Shown here piece after piece: positions 17,111 through 25,291 of a stretch of DNA of 47,721 nucleotides (positions within the stretch are counted from its first letter, which is position 1; each line of letters starts with the position of its first letter). The notes under the pieces were generated by a model, which did not search any database, was not told where the DNA came from, and saw only the letters and a list, made by a program, of their open reading frames with translations. The translations under genes and the position numbers were made by a program. Origin of the DNA: Parcubacteria group bacterium (lineage in GTDB: Bacteria; Patescibacteriota; Patescibacteriia; Magasanikbacterales; GCA-002688135); the NCBI GenBank assembly GCA_002688135.1, contig NZCD01000022.1:1-47721 (forward strand), in the 5' to 3' direction.

Positions 17111-18604
17111 TTACGCCGACAAACTCGCCAGCGACACAATCAAGTGTACACCAAATCCATTCGCTCCACAATGTAATGTCGGCCCATCTGATGTATTCCA
17201 CGCGTTCGCCATATCAACATGTCCCCATGAATAATCCGTAAATTCCTGCAAAAATGCCGCAGCAGATGACCCACCTGCCTGCCCACGTCGTCCAGTATTT
17301 TTCACATCAGCCACCTTACTTTTAATATGTTCCGTATATTCCGACCCTAACGGCAATTCCCAAACAGGATCCCCAGAAGCCTTTGTTGCTTTCATCATAT
17401 TCGTTCGCACATTCTTATCCTGTGTAAAAAATCCAGAATAATGCGTTCCAAGCGCCACAATACATGCACCAGTTAGTGTAGCAAAATCAACAACATATTT
17501 TGGTTTATACTTCGCCGCATAACTCAATGCATCCGCCAAAACCAACCGCCCTTCCGCATCAGTATTCAAAACCTCAATCGTCTTTTTATTTCTAGCTGTC
17601 AAAATATCTCCAGGACGCAAGGCAGATGCGCCAGGCATATTCTCCGCACAAGCTAAAATCCCCACAGCATTCACCTTCAACCCCAATTGCGCAACAGCAT
17701 GCACACCACCAGCAACCGCAGCAGCCCCTAACATATCAAACTTCATTTCATCCATTTTCGAAGATGGTTTAATTGAAATCCCACCAGAATCAAATGTAAT
17801 TCCTTTTCCACAAAACACAATTGGAGCGTCATCCTTCTTGCCGCCCTTATATTCCATAATCACCATTTGCGCTTCCTCAACAGAACCCTTGCTCACACCC
17901 AAAATCGCACCCATCCCCATCGATTTCATTTTCTCCTCATCCAAAACACGGACTTTCACCGCGGTTCCTTTACACGCTCTCCTCACATCGTCCGCTAAAC
18001 TTTTTGGTGTCATATCTCCCGCCGGATGATTTCCTAAATCCCGAGACCAGTTTGCAGATGCTGCAATTGTCTGTGCACGCGCCGCCCCACTCTTAACACT
18101 CTTGGCATCTGAAACAGAAAGAAAAACCAAAGATTGCGGATCAAGCAACCTCGCATCCTTCTTTGTAATATATTTTCCAAAATGATACGTCGAAAGCGCC
18201 AAAGCTTTAGTCGTCAATCCCGCAAAATGATGAGATTTCAATTTCTTTTCCAATTTAGAATCACTCAAAACAACATATGAAGCAGTCTTGCTTTTCTGAC
18301 AAACAATAAACGCCCGAGAAGTAGCTCCAAAATAAACTGAAGAATCAATCTTCTTACGCTCACCCAAACCAACAAAACAAACTCGTTTTATTTTCACTTC
18401 TTTTACAGTCGGCAAAACAACGATCTGATTCACTTTCCCCTCAAAATCGCGATTACGCACAGTCGCAGAAAAAGCTCCCCCTACCAACCCATCAACCTCT
18501 TCAAAACGTGCCTCTGAAAGTTCCCCCTCACAAAAAAAAGCGACCAACACATCCCCCTCAATCTCACCTAATTCCTCCTTAGAAACATCAATTTCAAATG
18601 ACAT
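17111..18604 (-). CDS. pepA: Leucyl aminopeptidase (M17)
   Basis: NTDAEGRLVLADAL and the surrounding M17 catalytic region. The start is set at MSFEIDV because the longer ORF start translates a REP-like repeat. Confidence 0.9.
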   Translation of the reverse strand: MSFEIDVSKEELGEIEGDVLVAFFCEGELSEARFEEVDGLVGGAFSATVRNRDFEGKVNQIVVLPTVKEVKIKRVCFVGLGERKKIDSSVYFGATSRAFIVCQKSKTASYVVLSDSKLEKKLKSHHFAGLTTKALALSTYHFGKYITKKDARLLDPQSLVFLSVSDAKSVKSGAARAQTIAASANWSRDLGNHPAGDMTPKSLADDVRRACKGTAVKVRVLDEEKMKSMGMGAILGVSKGSVEEAQMVIMEYKGGKKDDAPIVFCGKGITFDSGGISIKPSSKMDEMKFDMLGAAAVAGGVHAVAQLGLKVNAVGILACAENMPGASALRPGDILTARNKKTIEVLNTDAEGRLVLADALSYAAKYKPKYVVDFATLTGACIVALGTHYSGFFTQDKNVRTNMMKATKASGDPVWELPLGSEYTEHIKSKVADVKNTGRRGQAGGSSAAAFLQEFTDYSWGHVDMANAWNTSDGPTLHCGANGFGVHLIVSLASLSA

Positions 18605-18612
18605 ATGCAGCG

Positions 18613-18640
18613 TGTCATCCTGAGCGAAGTCGAAGGATCT
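18613..18640 (+). repeat. REP-like hairpin repeat
   Basis: TGTCATCCTGAGCGAAGTCGAAGGATCT, located in the pepA 5' UTR. Confidence 0.8.
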
Positions 18641-18717
18641 CGCAATCCTATCCACTCAAGTTTACTAAGATCTCAACTTACCAAAATCTTGTTCTCATCG
18701 CAACATTTCGTTAACTA

Positions 18718-18747
18718 TTGACATTCAAGTTAACCAAATGGTATAAT
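18718..18747 (+). promoter_or_regulatory. Promoter of the HTH-doc operon (leaderless-type spacing)
   Basis: TTGACA, 18-nt spacer, TGGTATAAT (extended -10). The ATG is 8 nt after the -10 and there is no SD. Confidence 0.7.
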
Positions 18748-18755
18748 AGACTCAT

Positions 18756-19013
18756 ATGAACAAAAAAAAATACTACTCAACAACAGAAGTCGCCCATCTG
18801 CTCAACATGAGCAGAATTGCGATATTCAAAAAAATAAAGAATGGAGATATCAAAGCAAATAAAATAGGAAGATTGTATAAAATTGAACACAGAGAAATTG
18901 CACATCTTCTACAAGGCACACTCACTCCTGCTGACAAAAAACGCATTGAGCAAGCTGTCAAAAAAACAGTGAAAGAATTCGGCGAAACACTCAAATTACT
19001 CGGCAAAGAATAA
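18756..19013 (+). CDS. Excisionase/MerR-like helix-turn-helix DNA-binding protein, putative antitoxin
   Basis: YSTTEVAHLLNMSRIAIFKKIKNGDIKANKIGRLYKI fits the HTH_17 excisionase-type motif. It ends 4 nt upstream of doc. Confidence 0.7.
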   Translation: MNKKKYYSTTEVAHLLNMSRIAIFKKIKNGDIKANKIGRLYKIEHREIAHLLQGTLTPADKKRIEQAVKKTVKEFGETLKLLGKE

Positions 19014-19017
19014 ACGC

Positions 19018-19443
19018 ATGGCAAAAATAAAGGATGTTACAATCACTGAAGTAGAATATATTGCACATCGCCTGGCAACAGAAATCATGATATGGAATGA
19101 ACCCATTCCTAATTTTTCATCGCGCGAACCCCACAAATTGGAAAGTTGTGTACAAACACCATTTCAAACATTCGACGGAAAACTATTATATAAAGGACTG
19201 ATCGATAAAGCCGCAATCTTATTTTATCTCATGATTAAAAACCATCCTTTTCAAAATGGAAACAAGCGAGTAGCCATGACGACATTACTAGTCTTCCTTC
19301 ATAAAAACAAAAAATGGCTCAAAGTAGATAATCAAAAACTCTACAATTTCGCCAAATGGATCGCGTCAAGTGACCCAACCGTAAAAAAGCAAACCGTAGA
19401 AGCAATCGCAGAATTTCTAAAAAAACATCAGATAAAAATGTAA
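19018..19443 (+). CDS. doc: Fic/Doc family toxin (death-on-curing type)
   Basis: HPFQNGNKRVAMT matches the Fic motif HxFx(D/N)(A/G)NKR. The size (141 aa) fits Doc. Confidence 0.85.
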   Translation: MAKIKDVTITEVEYIAHRLATEIMIWNEPIPNFSSREPHKLESCVQTPFQTFDGKLLYKGLIDKAAILFYLMIKNHPFQNGNKRVAMTTLLVFLHKNKKWLKVDNQKLYNFAKWIASSDPTVKKQTVEAIAEFLKKHQIKM

Positions 19444-19451
19444 AAAAAGAA

Positions 19452-19487
19452 GGGTACAGGTCGTGCCTTAACACGTTACCTGTACCC
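19452..19487. terminator. Shared hairpin between convergent doc and the small-peptide operon
   Basis: GGGTACAGGT-16 nt-ACCTGTACCC. On the minus strand it is followed by TTCTTTTTTT. Confidence 0.6.
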
Positions 19488-19608
19488 ACTCCTTACGCTA
19501 CATCTCCCACTACAGCGACATGAGACCGGCGATTAGCGCGGTTGTCAAGCTGTAGGGATAGATAAGAAGCAAAAAAACGAACCTCTTCTTCCAGCTCATC
19601 AAGACTCC

Positions 19609-19788
19609 TTAATCAGCTTTGGAAAGCTCTTCGTCACTCGGAACAGGCCGGTGACGAACACGGAGACGACACGACTCTTCAGCCGCGGACGAATCCGCAA
19701 TACTGAAATCGTAGCGCCCCGGCCACTTCTTGTCGATCTTGTCAGCCACGCGACTCAATTCATCGCGAGAACCAGACCCTATCGACAT
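19609..19788 (-). CDS. Hypothetical soluble segment (start uncertain)
   Basis: The ORF track gives 19609-19872 with a TTG start and no SD, and it overlaps the 35-aa ORF in another frame. Here it is trimmed to the first ATG (MSIGSGS). It may instead be fused to 19827-19934. Confidence 0.3.
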   Translation of the reverse strand: MSIGSGSRDELSRVADKIDKKWPGRYDFSIADSSAAEESCRLRVRHRPVPSDEELSKAD

Positions 19789-19826
19789 CCAATCAATCAC
19801 ACGATTCGCTTCGTTTATGATACTCC

Positions 19827-19934
19827 TTAGATCCCCATCAGAATCGGCAGTAAAGCCGAGACAATGAAACAAGCAGCTATGAACCCAACAGACGCAAGCA
19901 TCTGCCGCGGCGCAGACTTCGCTAACGACATCAT
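19827..19934 (-). CDS. 35-aa hydrophobic peptide
   Basis: A GGAGG sits 5 nt upstream of ATGATG. The product is MMSLAKSAPRQMLASVGFIAACFIVSALLPILMGI. It is below the ORF-track size cut-off. Confidence 0.5.
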   Translation of the reverse strand: MMSLAKSAPRQMLASVGFIAACFIVSALLPILMGI

Positions 19935-19943
19935 TTCAGCCTC

Positions 19944-20177
19944 CTAAGCAGCCATGCTGGTTGGATGCTCAACAACAGCACGAGACTCCGAAAAGTCCAG
20001 TACCGAAACGCGAAACGCCTCGCTTCCGAGACAGCTCTCGCAACCCTCACAGTCACCCGGATGGTCAATCATCGACCAGAACCCCCAACACATCACCAGC
20101 ACAATGCCGACGATCATCAAAGGCGCCACGATCAACGCAACCAACAGAAACAAACCAGTACTCAATATTCGATCCAT
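19944..20177 (-). CDS. 77-aa membrane peptide with CxxCxxC tail motif
   Basis: A GGAGGGGG sits 4 nt upstream of ATG 20177. The product begins MDRILSTGLFLLVALIVAPLMIVGIVLVMCWGFW and continues to GDCEGCESC. Confidence 0.6.
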   Translation of the reverse strand: MDRILSTGLFLLVALIVAPLMIVGIVLVMCWGFWSMIDHPGDCEGCESCLGSEAFRVSVLDFSESRAVVEHPTSMAA

Positions 20178-20255
20178 GTATCCCCCTCCAAAAAGTAGGT
20201 GAGGTGCGACACACATTGCCGCACCCCCACATTCAGTCAGCCTTCATGGCCAATC

Positions 20256-20432
20256 TCACGTACCTCGCTCGAACCAACACGGCTTACGATCACAAGGGTG
20301 ATCGGGTGAGCACGTGTATCGACACGGTCCGTAATCGCTGGTGAGGTTGGACGCCCCAACGCAGAAAGCGAATGCCAAGACGACCAAAATCGCCTTGAGC
20401 ACGAACCAGAACGCTGCGATCAGAAAACTCAT
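20256..20432 (-). CDS. 58-aa membrane peptide with Cys-rich tail
   Basis: Its ATG overlaps the stop of the upstream ORF (ATGA), and a GGGAGGA lies 6 nt upstream. The product is MSFLIAAFWFVLKAILVVLAFAFCVGASNLTSDYGPCRYTCSPDHPCDRKPCWFERGT. It is not in the ORF track, which lists an 80-aa ORF in another frame. Confidence 0.55.
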   Translation of the reverse strand: MSFLIAAFWFVLKAILVVLAFAFCVGASNLTSDYGPCRYTCSPDHPCDRKPCWFERGT

Positions 20433-20650
20433 ATCTCATCCTCCCTGATGCAAATCCCACATCCGACACAATTGTCGGCATGCGAGATCTCCATGAAAAA
20501 GCCAATGATCCCCAGCAGCAGAAAACCACCAAACGCCAGAATCATGATCGTGAGAGCCAACGCCTTGACGACGTCAGCAAACATCACCCCAAAAATAACC
20601 AGGGCGACGATCAAACTGATCACCTTGAGCAATTCCTTCAAAATCTCCAT
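20429..20650 (-). CDS. 73-aa two-TM peptide ending in CVGCGIC
   Basis: An AGAGGAG sits 5 nt upstream of the ATG. There are two hydrophobic helices. The C-terminal NCVGCGICIREDEI resembles the first half of a 4Fe-4S ferredoxin CxxCxxC motif. Confidence 0.6.
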   Translation of the reverse strand: MEILKELLKVISLIVALVIFGVMFADVVKALALTIMILAFGGFLLLGIIGFFMEISHADNCVGCGICIREDEI

Positions 20651-20740
20651 CTCATCTCCTCTTTTCGATTGTCTATGACCTGTGACAACGCGGTGAATTC
20701 CTCCAAATTGAGTAGAAATCCTCCATGCATTGAACGCCTA

Positions 20741-20769
20741 AGAATATCATAAAAAACGCATTTTGTCAA
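20741..20769 (-). promoter_or_regulatory. Promoter of the small-peptide operon
   Basis: On the minus strand: TTGACA (20769-20764), 17-nt spacer, TATTCT (20746-20741). Confidence 0.65.
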
Positions 20770-20848
20770 TGCTAACATTGCTGTATTTGAATTAAAACGC
20801 AATATTTAACTAATTTTAGAACTATATTTATGTAAAGTAATGTATAAC

Positions 20849-20872
20849 AAAAAGACCTTTTCAGGCCTTTTT
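20849..20872 (-). terminator. Terminator after ileS
   Basis: On the minus strand, AAAGGCC-tgaaa-AGGTCTTT (one G-U pair) is followed by a T-run. Confidence 0.6.
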
Positions 20873-20889
20873 CAACTATCCAAGAAAAC

Positions 20890-23697
20890 CTATTTTATAA
20901 TAGAAATAGCAATGCCCCCCACCTCAACATCTCCCGCATCACCAAACTCAACAGAATCAGACTTTGTTGAAACTAAAATATATTCCTCATGAACATTAAA
21001 TACCGCTTTTCCTGATTCAGAAACAATTAAAGTTATACGATCAGTAATAGTTAATCCTGCATCTTTTCGCATACCATTAATAGTTCGCACTAACTCACGA
21101 GCCACACCCTCCAATCTCAATTCATCATTTAATTCAATATTCAATCCAACCGTCATCCCCTTATCTTCATGTGACGGCCAATCATTTTTCTCAAATACAA
21201 CTTCTTTTACATTTAACTCTTCTTTCAAAATCTCAATATACGCATCTTCAAGTTTCGCACCATCAATTGCAATGGCTGCCAAAGGCTGGCGAACCTTCAT
21301 ACTATTTTCTGCACGCAATCTCATGCCAATCTCAACCACATCACGCGTTTGCTGCATCGCTTTCAATAACTCCTCATCAACCTTTCCAGATTCTGGCCAA
21401 TCATCTAAATGTACACTCTCCTTTTCACCACCGACTGCACCATAAACCCTCTCTGCAATAAAAGGAGTAAACGGCGCTATCAATTTAGAAGTCTCCAAAA
21501 GCACATGCTTCAAAACATCTACAACACCTTCCTCTCCAGATTTAAATCGCCCACGAGATCGGCGCACATACCACGTTGAAACTTCAGTGATAAAATCATG
21601 TAGTGCGCGTGTCGCTCGCGTCAAATCATATTTATCCAAATGCCCCTGAACTGTTTGCGTTGTTTCAGCCAATCGAGAAAGTACCCATTTATCCAACGCA
21701 GAATCCGCCATCTTGCCTGTCGCACCATCTTTATATAATTCATAAAACTTCAAAACATTCCACAAAATCATCAAAGTCCGACGTTTCGCCTGGTCAACCC
21801 CCTTCATATCAAAACGCTTCGGCTCACCAGCAGCACTCATCGAAAAGAAATGCCAACGCAACGCATCTACACCGTGCGTATTGATAACTTCCCACGGCTC
21901 AACAACATTCCCCTTAGACTTCGACATCTTAAATCCCTTACCATCCAAAATATGCCCTAAACAAATCACATTTTTATAAGGCGCTTCCTTTTCCAATAAC
22001 GTCGCCACGGACAACAACGTATAAAACCACCCACGCGTCTGATCAATCGCCTCCGCAATATAATCCGCTGGATAATGATTATTCAATTGATCTTCAGAAC
22101 CTTCTTTGTGCGGAAACCCCCATTGCGCAATCGGCATGGCCCCAGAATCAAACCACACATCCATCACTTCGGGCACACGCTTCATTTTCTTATCACATTT
22201 CTCACAATCCAATTCAACCTCATCAACATACGGTCGATGTAATTCAATATCCGAAACCCCCAATTCTTTTGCAGAACCAACACACTTCATCTCGCCACAC
22301 TCACACATCCAAATCGGCAAAGGTGTACCCCAATATCGCTCACGAGAAATCGCCCAATCATGAATATTATTCAACCACTCCCCAAATCGACCATCTTTTA
22401 TATGAGATGGCTCCCAATTAATTGTTTGATTATTCGCAACCAATCGATCCTTCACATCCGAAACACGAATAAACCACGAATCCCGCGCATAATACAAAAG
22501 CGGTGTTTTGCATCTCCAACAAAACGGATATTCATGTTCATACATTTCCTCACCAAACAACAAATTATTCGCCGTCAAATGATCAATAATCGCCTGTTCT
22601 GTTTTTGGATCCTTCACATACTTCCCAGCCAAACCAGAAACCTCATCTACAAAATTCCCCTCCTCATCAACCGTATGGAACTTAGGCAATCCAACACCCT
22701 CACCAAATTCATAATCATCAATTCCATACATCACAGCAGTATGCACCACACCCGTTCCATCAACATCCGTCACAAAATCCGCAGCATACACTTTGTATGA
22801 TGTATCACTTTTCAAACTTGGAATATCAAATAATGACTCATACGAAAGCCCAACCAATTTCGAACCTTTCACTTCCTTCACAACCTTATATTCACCCTCT
22901 AAAATCTCCAATCGATTTTTTGCGAGAATCAATGTCTCATCACCAGTATCAACATATACATAATCAACACCATCACCGACAGCCAACGCAACATTCCCAG
23001 GCAACGTCCACGGCGTTGTAGTCCAACTTAAAATATACGCATCCTTCTCATCTACAACTTTAAACTTCACAAACACAGATCGATCTTTCACAGTCTGATA
23101 ACCCTGCGCAACCTCATGTGAAGAAAGTGCAGTCCCACATCGGCTACAATACGGCACAACTTTATGAGACTGATACACCAAACCCCTCTCCCACATCTGC
23201 TTAAACACCCACCACAAGCTTTCTATATATTCATTTTCATAAGTTACATAAGGATCATCCAAATCCAACCAAAACCCAATACGCTCCGTCAATCGACTCC
23301 ATTCATCCAAAAACCCCCACACCATATCCTTACATTCTGCATTAAACTTTTTGATACTCGCAACTGGATCACCCGGCACAATATTTTCAATTTGCGGTTT
23401 CCCAGAAATCCCCAACTTTTTCTCAACCTGCAATTCCACCGGCAACCCATGCGTATCCCATCCAGCCTTTCGATCAACATGAAATCCTTGCATAATTTTG
23501 TATCGCGGAATCACATCTTTAAATACGCGAGCCAAAACATGATGCAGCGCCGGCTTTGCATTCGCTGTCGGCGGCCCTTCATAAAACACAAAATCCCCTT
23601 CCGGAGATTCCTTTTTCTGTACCAAATCAAAAATTCCCTTCTCCTTCCACATTTCCAAAACCTTCTTTTCTTCCTCAGCAAAATTGTTTGTAGACAT
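20890..23697 (-). CDS. ileS: Isoleucine--tRNA ligase
   Basis: PPTANAKPALHHV (HIGH region), KMSKSKGN (KMSKS), a CP1 editing domain, and CxxC zinc knuckles. The start is set at MSTNNFAEEEKK. Confidence 0.95.
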   Translation of the reverse strand: MSTNNFAEEEKKVLEMWKEKGIFDLVQKKESPEGDFVFYEGPPTANAKPALHHVLARVFKDVIPRYKIMQGFHVDRKAGWDTHGLPVELQVEKKLGISGKPQIENIVPGDPVASIKKFNAECKDMVWGFLDEWSRLTERIGFWLDLDDPYVTYENEYIESLWWVFKQMWERGLVYQSHKVVPYCSRCGTALSSHEVAQGYQTVKDRSVFVKFKVVDEKDAYILSWTTTPWTLPGNVALAVGDGVDYVYVDTGDETLILAKNRLEILEGEYKVVKEVKGSKLVGLSYESLFDIPSLKSDTSYKVYAADFVTDVDGTGVVHTAVMYGIDDYEFGEGVGLPKFHTVDEEGNFVDEVSGLAGKYVKDPKTEQAIIDHLTANNLLFGEEMYEHEYPFCWRCKTPLLYYARDSWFIRVSDVKDRLVANNQTINWEPSHIKDGRFGEWLNNIHDWAISRERYWGTPLPIWMCECGEMKCVGSAKELGVSDIELHRPYVDEVELDCEKCDKKMKRVPEVMDVWFDSGAMPIAQWGFPHKEGSEDQLNNHYPADYIAEAIDQTRGWFYTLLSVATLLEKEAPYKNVICLGHILDGKGFKMSKSKGNVVEPWEVINTHGVDALRWHFFSMSAAGEPKRFDMKGVDQAKRRTLMILWNVLKFYELYKDGATGKMADSALDKWVLSRLAETTQTVQGHLDKYDLTRATRALHDFITEVSTWYVRRSRGRFKSGEEGVVDVLKHVLLETSKLIAPFTPFIAERVYGAVGGEKESVHLDDWPESGKVDEELLKAMQQTRDVVEIGMRLRAENSMKVRQPLAAIAIDGAKLEDAYIEILKEELNVKEVVFEKNDWPSHEDKGMTVGLNIELNDELRLEGVARELVRTINGMRKDAGLTITDRITLIVSESGKAVFNVHEEYILVSTKSDSVEFGDAGDVEVGGIAISIIK

Positions 23698-23712
23698 ACA
23701 AGTAACATCAAC

Positions 23713-23793
23713 TGTCATTGCGAGAAGCGAGGTACGAGCGACGAAGCAATCTTATACTTCCAAGATTGCTTCGTCGCTCCTCCTCGCAATGAC
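23713..23793. repeat. Palindromic GTCATTGCGAG...CTCGCAATGAC element
   Basis: An 81-bp near-perfect inverted repeat: TGTCATTGCGAG..GCGACGAAGCAATCTT / AAGATTGCTTCGTCGC..CTCGCAATGAC. It lies in the ileS 5' UTR. Confidence 0.85.
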
Positions 23794-23848
23794 CCGTAAT
23801 GGACATTCGTGCTTAATATAATGTATTCTATCCTAACAATCAGTTAGA

Positions 23849-24361
23849 TTGATGTCCAGAAATATGAAGAAGGAAAAAATAGGAAAAATCTACATCGGCG
23901 CAGATCACGCCGGATTCACACTCAAAGAAAAAATTAAAAAATGGCTCGAAAAAGAAGGATTTCCTGTTGTTGATAAAGGAAATAAAAAAATGGTCATGAC
24001 AGATGATTATCCAGATTTTGGTTCTAGAGTTGGAAAAGCAGTAAGCAACGGAAACCACAAAGGAACTTGGCTGCAACAAGATAAAGGATTACTGTTTTGC
24101 GGATCTTCAGAAGGAGTATGCATCGTAGCCAATAAATATCGAAGTGTCCGCGCAGTCACACCAACTACTGTTTCAGAAACAATCAAAACACGAGAACATA
24201 ATAATTCAAATGTATTGTGTTTATCCGGATGGAAACAAACTCCAGACAAAGCAAAAAAATTAATTTTAGCATGGCTCGATTCAGGATTCGGTGGAACCAA
24301 ACGCCACGAACGCCGCGTCAACAAAATCGCAAAAATCGAAGATGAAACCATGAAGAAATAA
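23849..24361 (+). CDS. rpiB: Ribose-5-phosphate isomerase B (RpiB/LacAB family)
   Basis: IYIGADHAGFTLKEKIKKWL, LLFCGSSEGVCIVANKYRSVRAV and REHNNSNVLCL. The true start may be the ATG at 23864. Confidence 0.85.
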   Translation: MMSRNMKKEKIGKIYIGADHAGFTLKEKIKKWLEKEGFPVVDKGNKKMVMTDDYPDFGSRVGKAVSNGNHKGTWLQQDKGLLFCGSSEGVCIVANKYRSVRAVTPTTVSETIKTREHNNSNVLCLSGWKQTPDKAKKLILAWLDSGFGGTKRHERRVNKIAKIEDETMKK

Positions 24362-24553
24362 CCCACGAATAATACAAATCCTATACAAATCTACAAATCT
24401 CCGCTTATCTACGAATTGCACAGACTGTTATTGGGAGCGTGAGAGCGAAGCAATCTCATCCACGGATTACTTCGCAAGCTCGTAATGACATGCTTCCTAC
24501 TTTATCATAGAAAAGAATTTGTAGATTTGTAACTGATTTGTACTATTCGTGGG
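24362..24553. mobile_element. MITE-like element, copy 1 (192 bp, 37-bp terminal inverted repeats)
   Basis: Left TIR 24362-24398 (CCCACGAATAATACAAATCCTATACAAATCTACAAAT) matches the reverse complement of 24517-24553 at 33 of 37 positions. A palindromic-family repeat is nested at 24425-24490. Confidence 0.7.
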
Positions 24554-24562
24554 AAAAACAAT

Positions 24563-25201
24563 ATGCTCATAATCCCAGCACTCCTCGCAAAAACCCGCGA
24601 AGAATTTCTATCCAAACTCAAGTCTATTGAGGGATTAGTTGAGATCGCTCAAATTGATGTTATGGATGATACCCTCGTACCGCAATCAACATTTGGCCGA
24701 GCACACGAACTCGCACACATCAAAACATCACTCAATTACGAATTACATTTGATGGTAGATCATCCCATCGAAGTAATCCGAACATATACAACCACGCCAA
24801 ACGTAAAACGGGTTTATGCGCATGCAGAAGCGAAAGATGATTTAAACAAAGCTATTGAAGAAGCAAAAATGCATGGATTTGAAGTCGGAATCGCAATCAA
24901 TCCAGAAACGCCAATTTCTGTGTTAGATGATCATCTCTATGAAATTGATTCGGTCTTATTCATGGGAGTAAATCCAGGAGCATCAGGCCGTCCATTTCAC
25001 CCAGAAGTTCTCGAAAAAATGAAAGAATTTCATGAAGCACATCCCAAAATGGAAATAGCGGTTGACGGAAGCATAAATCATGATACGATCGTAGATATCA
25101 AAAATGCTGGAGCAACCCGATTCGCCGTAGGATCAGAACTATACGATAAACACGAAACTCCAAAGGAAGCATTAGATGAATTACAGCAACTACTCTCTTA
25201 A
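24563..25201 (+). CDS. rpe: Ribulose-phosphate 3-epimerase-like protein
   Basis: IDVMDD.LVP, HLMV.HP, INPETP, D.VLFMGVNPGASGRPF and VDGSIN follow the Rpe order of motifs. Confidence 0.75.
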   Translation: MLIIPALLAKTREEFLSKLKSIEGLVEIAQIDVMDDTLVPQSTFGRAHELAHIKTSLNYELHLMVDHPIEVIRTYTTTPNVKRVYAHAEAKDDLNKAIEEAKMHGFEVGIAINPETPISVLDDHLYEIDSVLFMGVNPGASGRPFHPEVLEKMKEFHEAHPKMEIAVDGSINHDTIVDIKNAGATRFAVGSELYDKHETPKEALDELQQLLS

Positions 25202-25203
25202 AC

Positions 25204-25278
25204 GGTCATTGCGAGCGTTTTAGCGAAGCAATCTCACACAACACTTAAGATTGCTTCGTCGTTCCTCCTCGCAATGAC
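25204..25278. repeat. Palindromic GTCATTGCGAG...CTCGCAATGAC element
   Basis: GGTCATTGCGAGCG..AGCGAAGCAATCT / AAGATTGCTTCGTCG..CTCGCAATGAC. Confidence 0.85.
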
Positions 25279-25291
25279 ATTTCTATAAACT

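Noticed and set aside
20290-20532. 80-aa ORF from the ORF track in the GC-rich islet
   Set aside because: It has no SD, and it overlaps the end of the 73-aa gene and the 58-aa SD-preceded ORF in another frame. The 58-aa frame gives a TM plus Cys-rich product consistent with its neighbours.
23698-23848. T-box leader upstream of ileS
   Set aside because: The leader is occupied by the 81-bp palindromic repeat. No T-box sequence (AGGGTGGTACCGCG-like) or specifier-loop architecture was seen.
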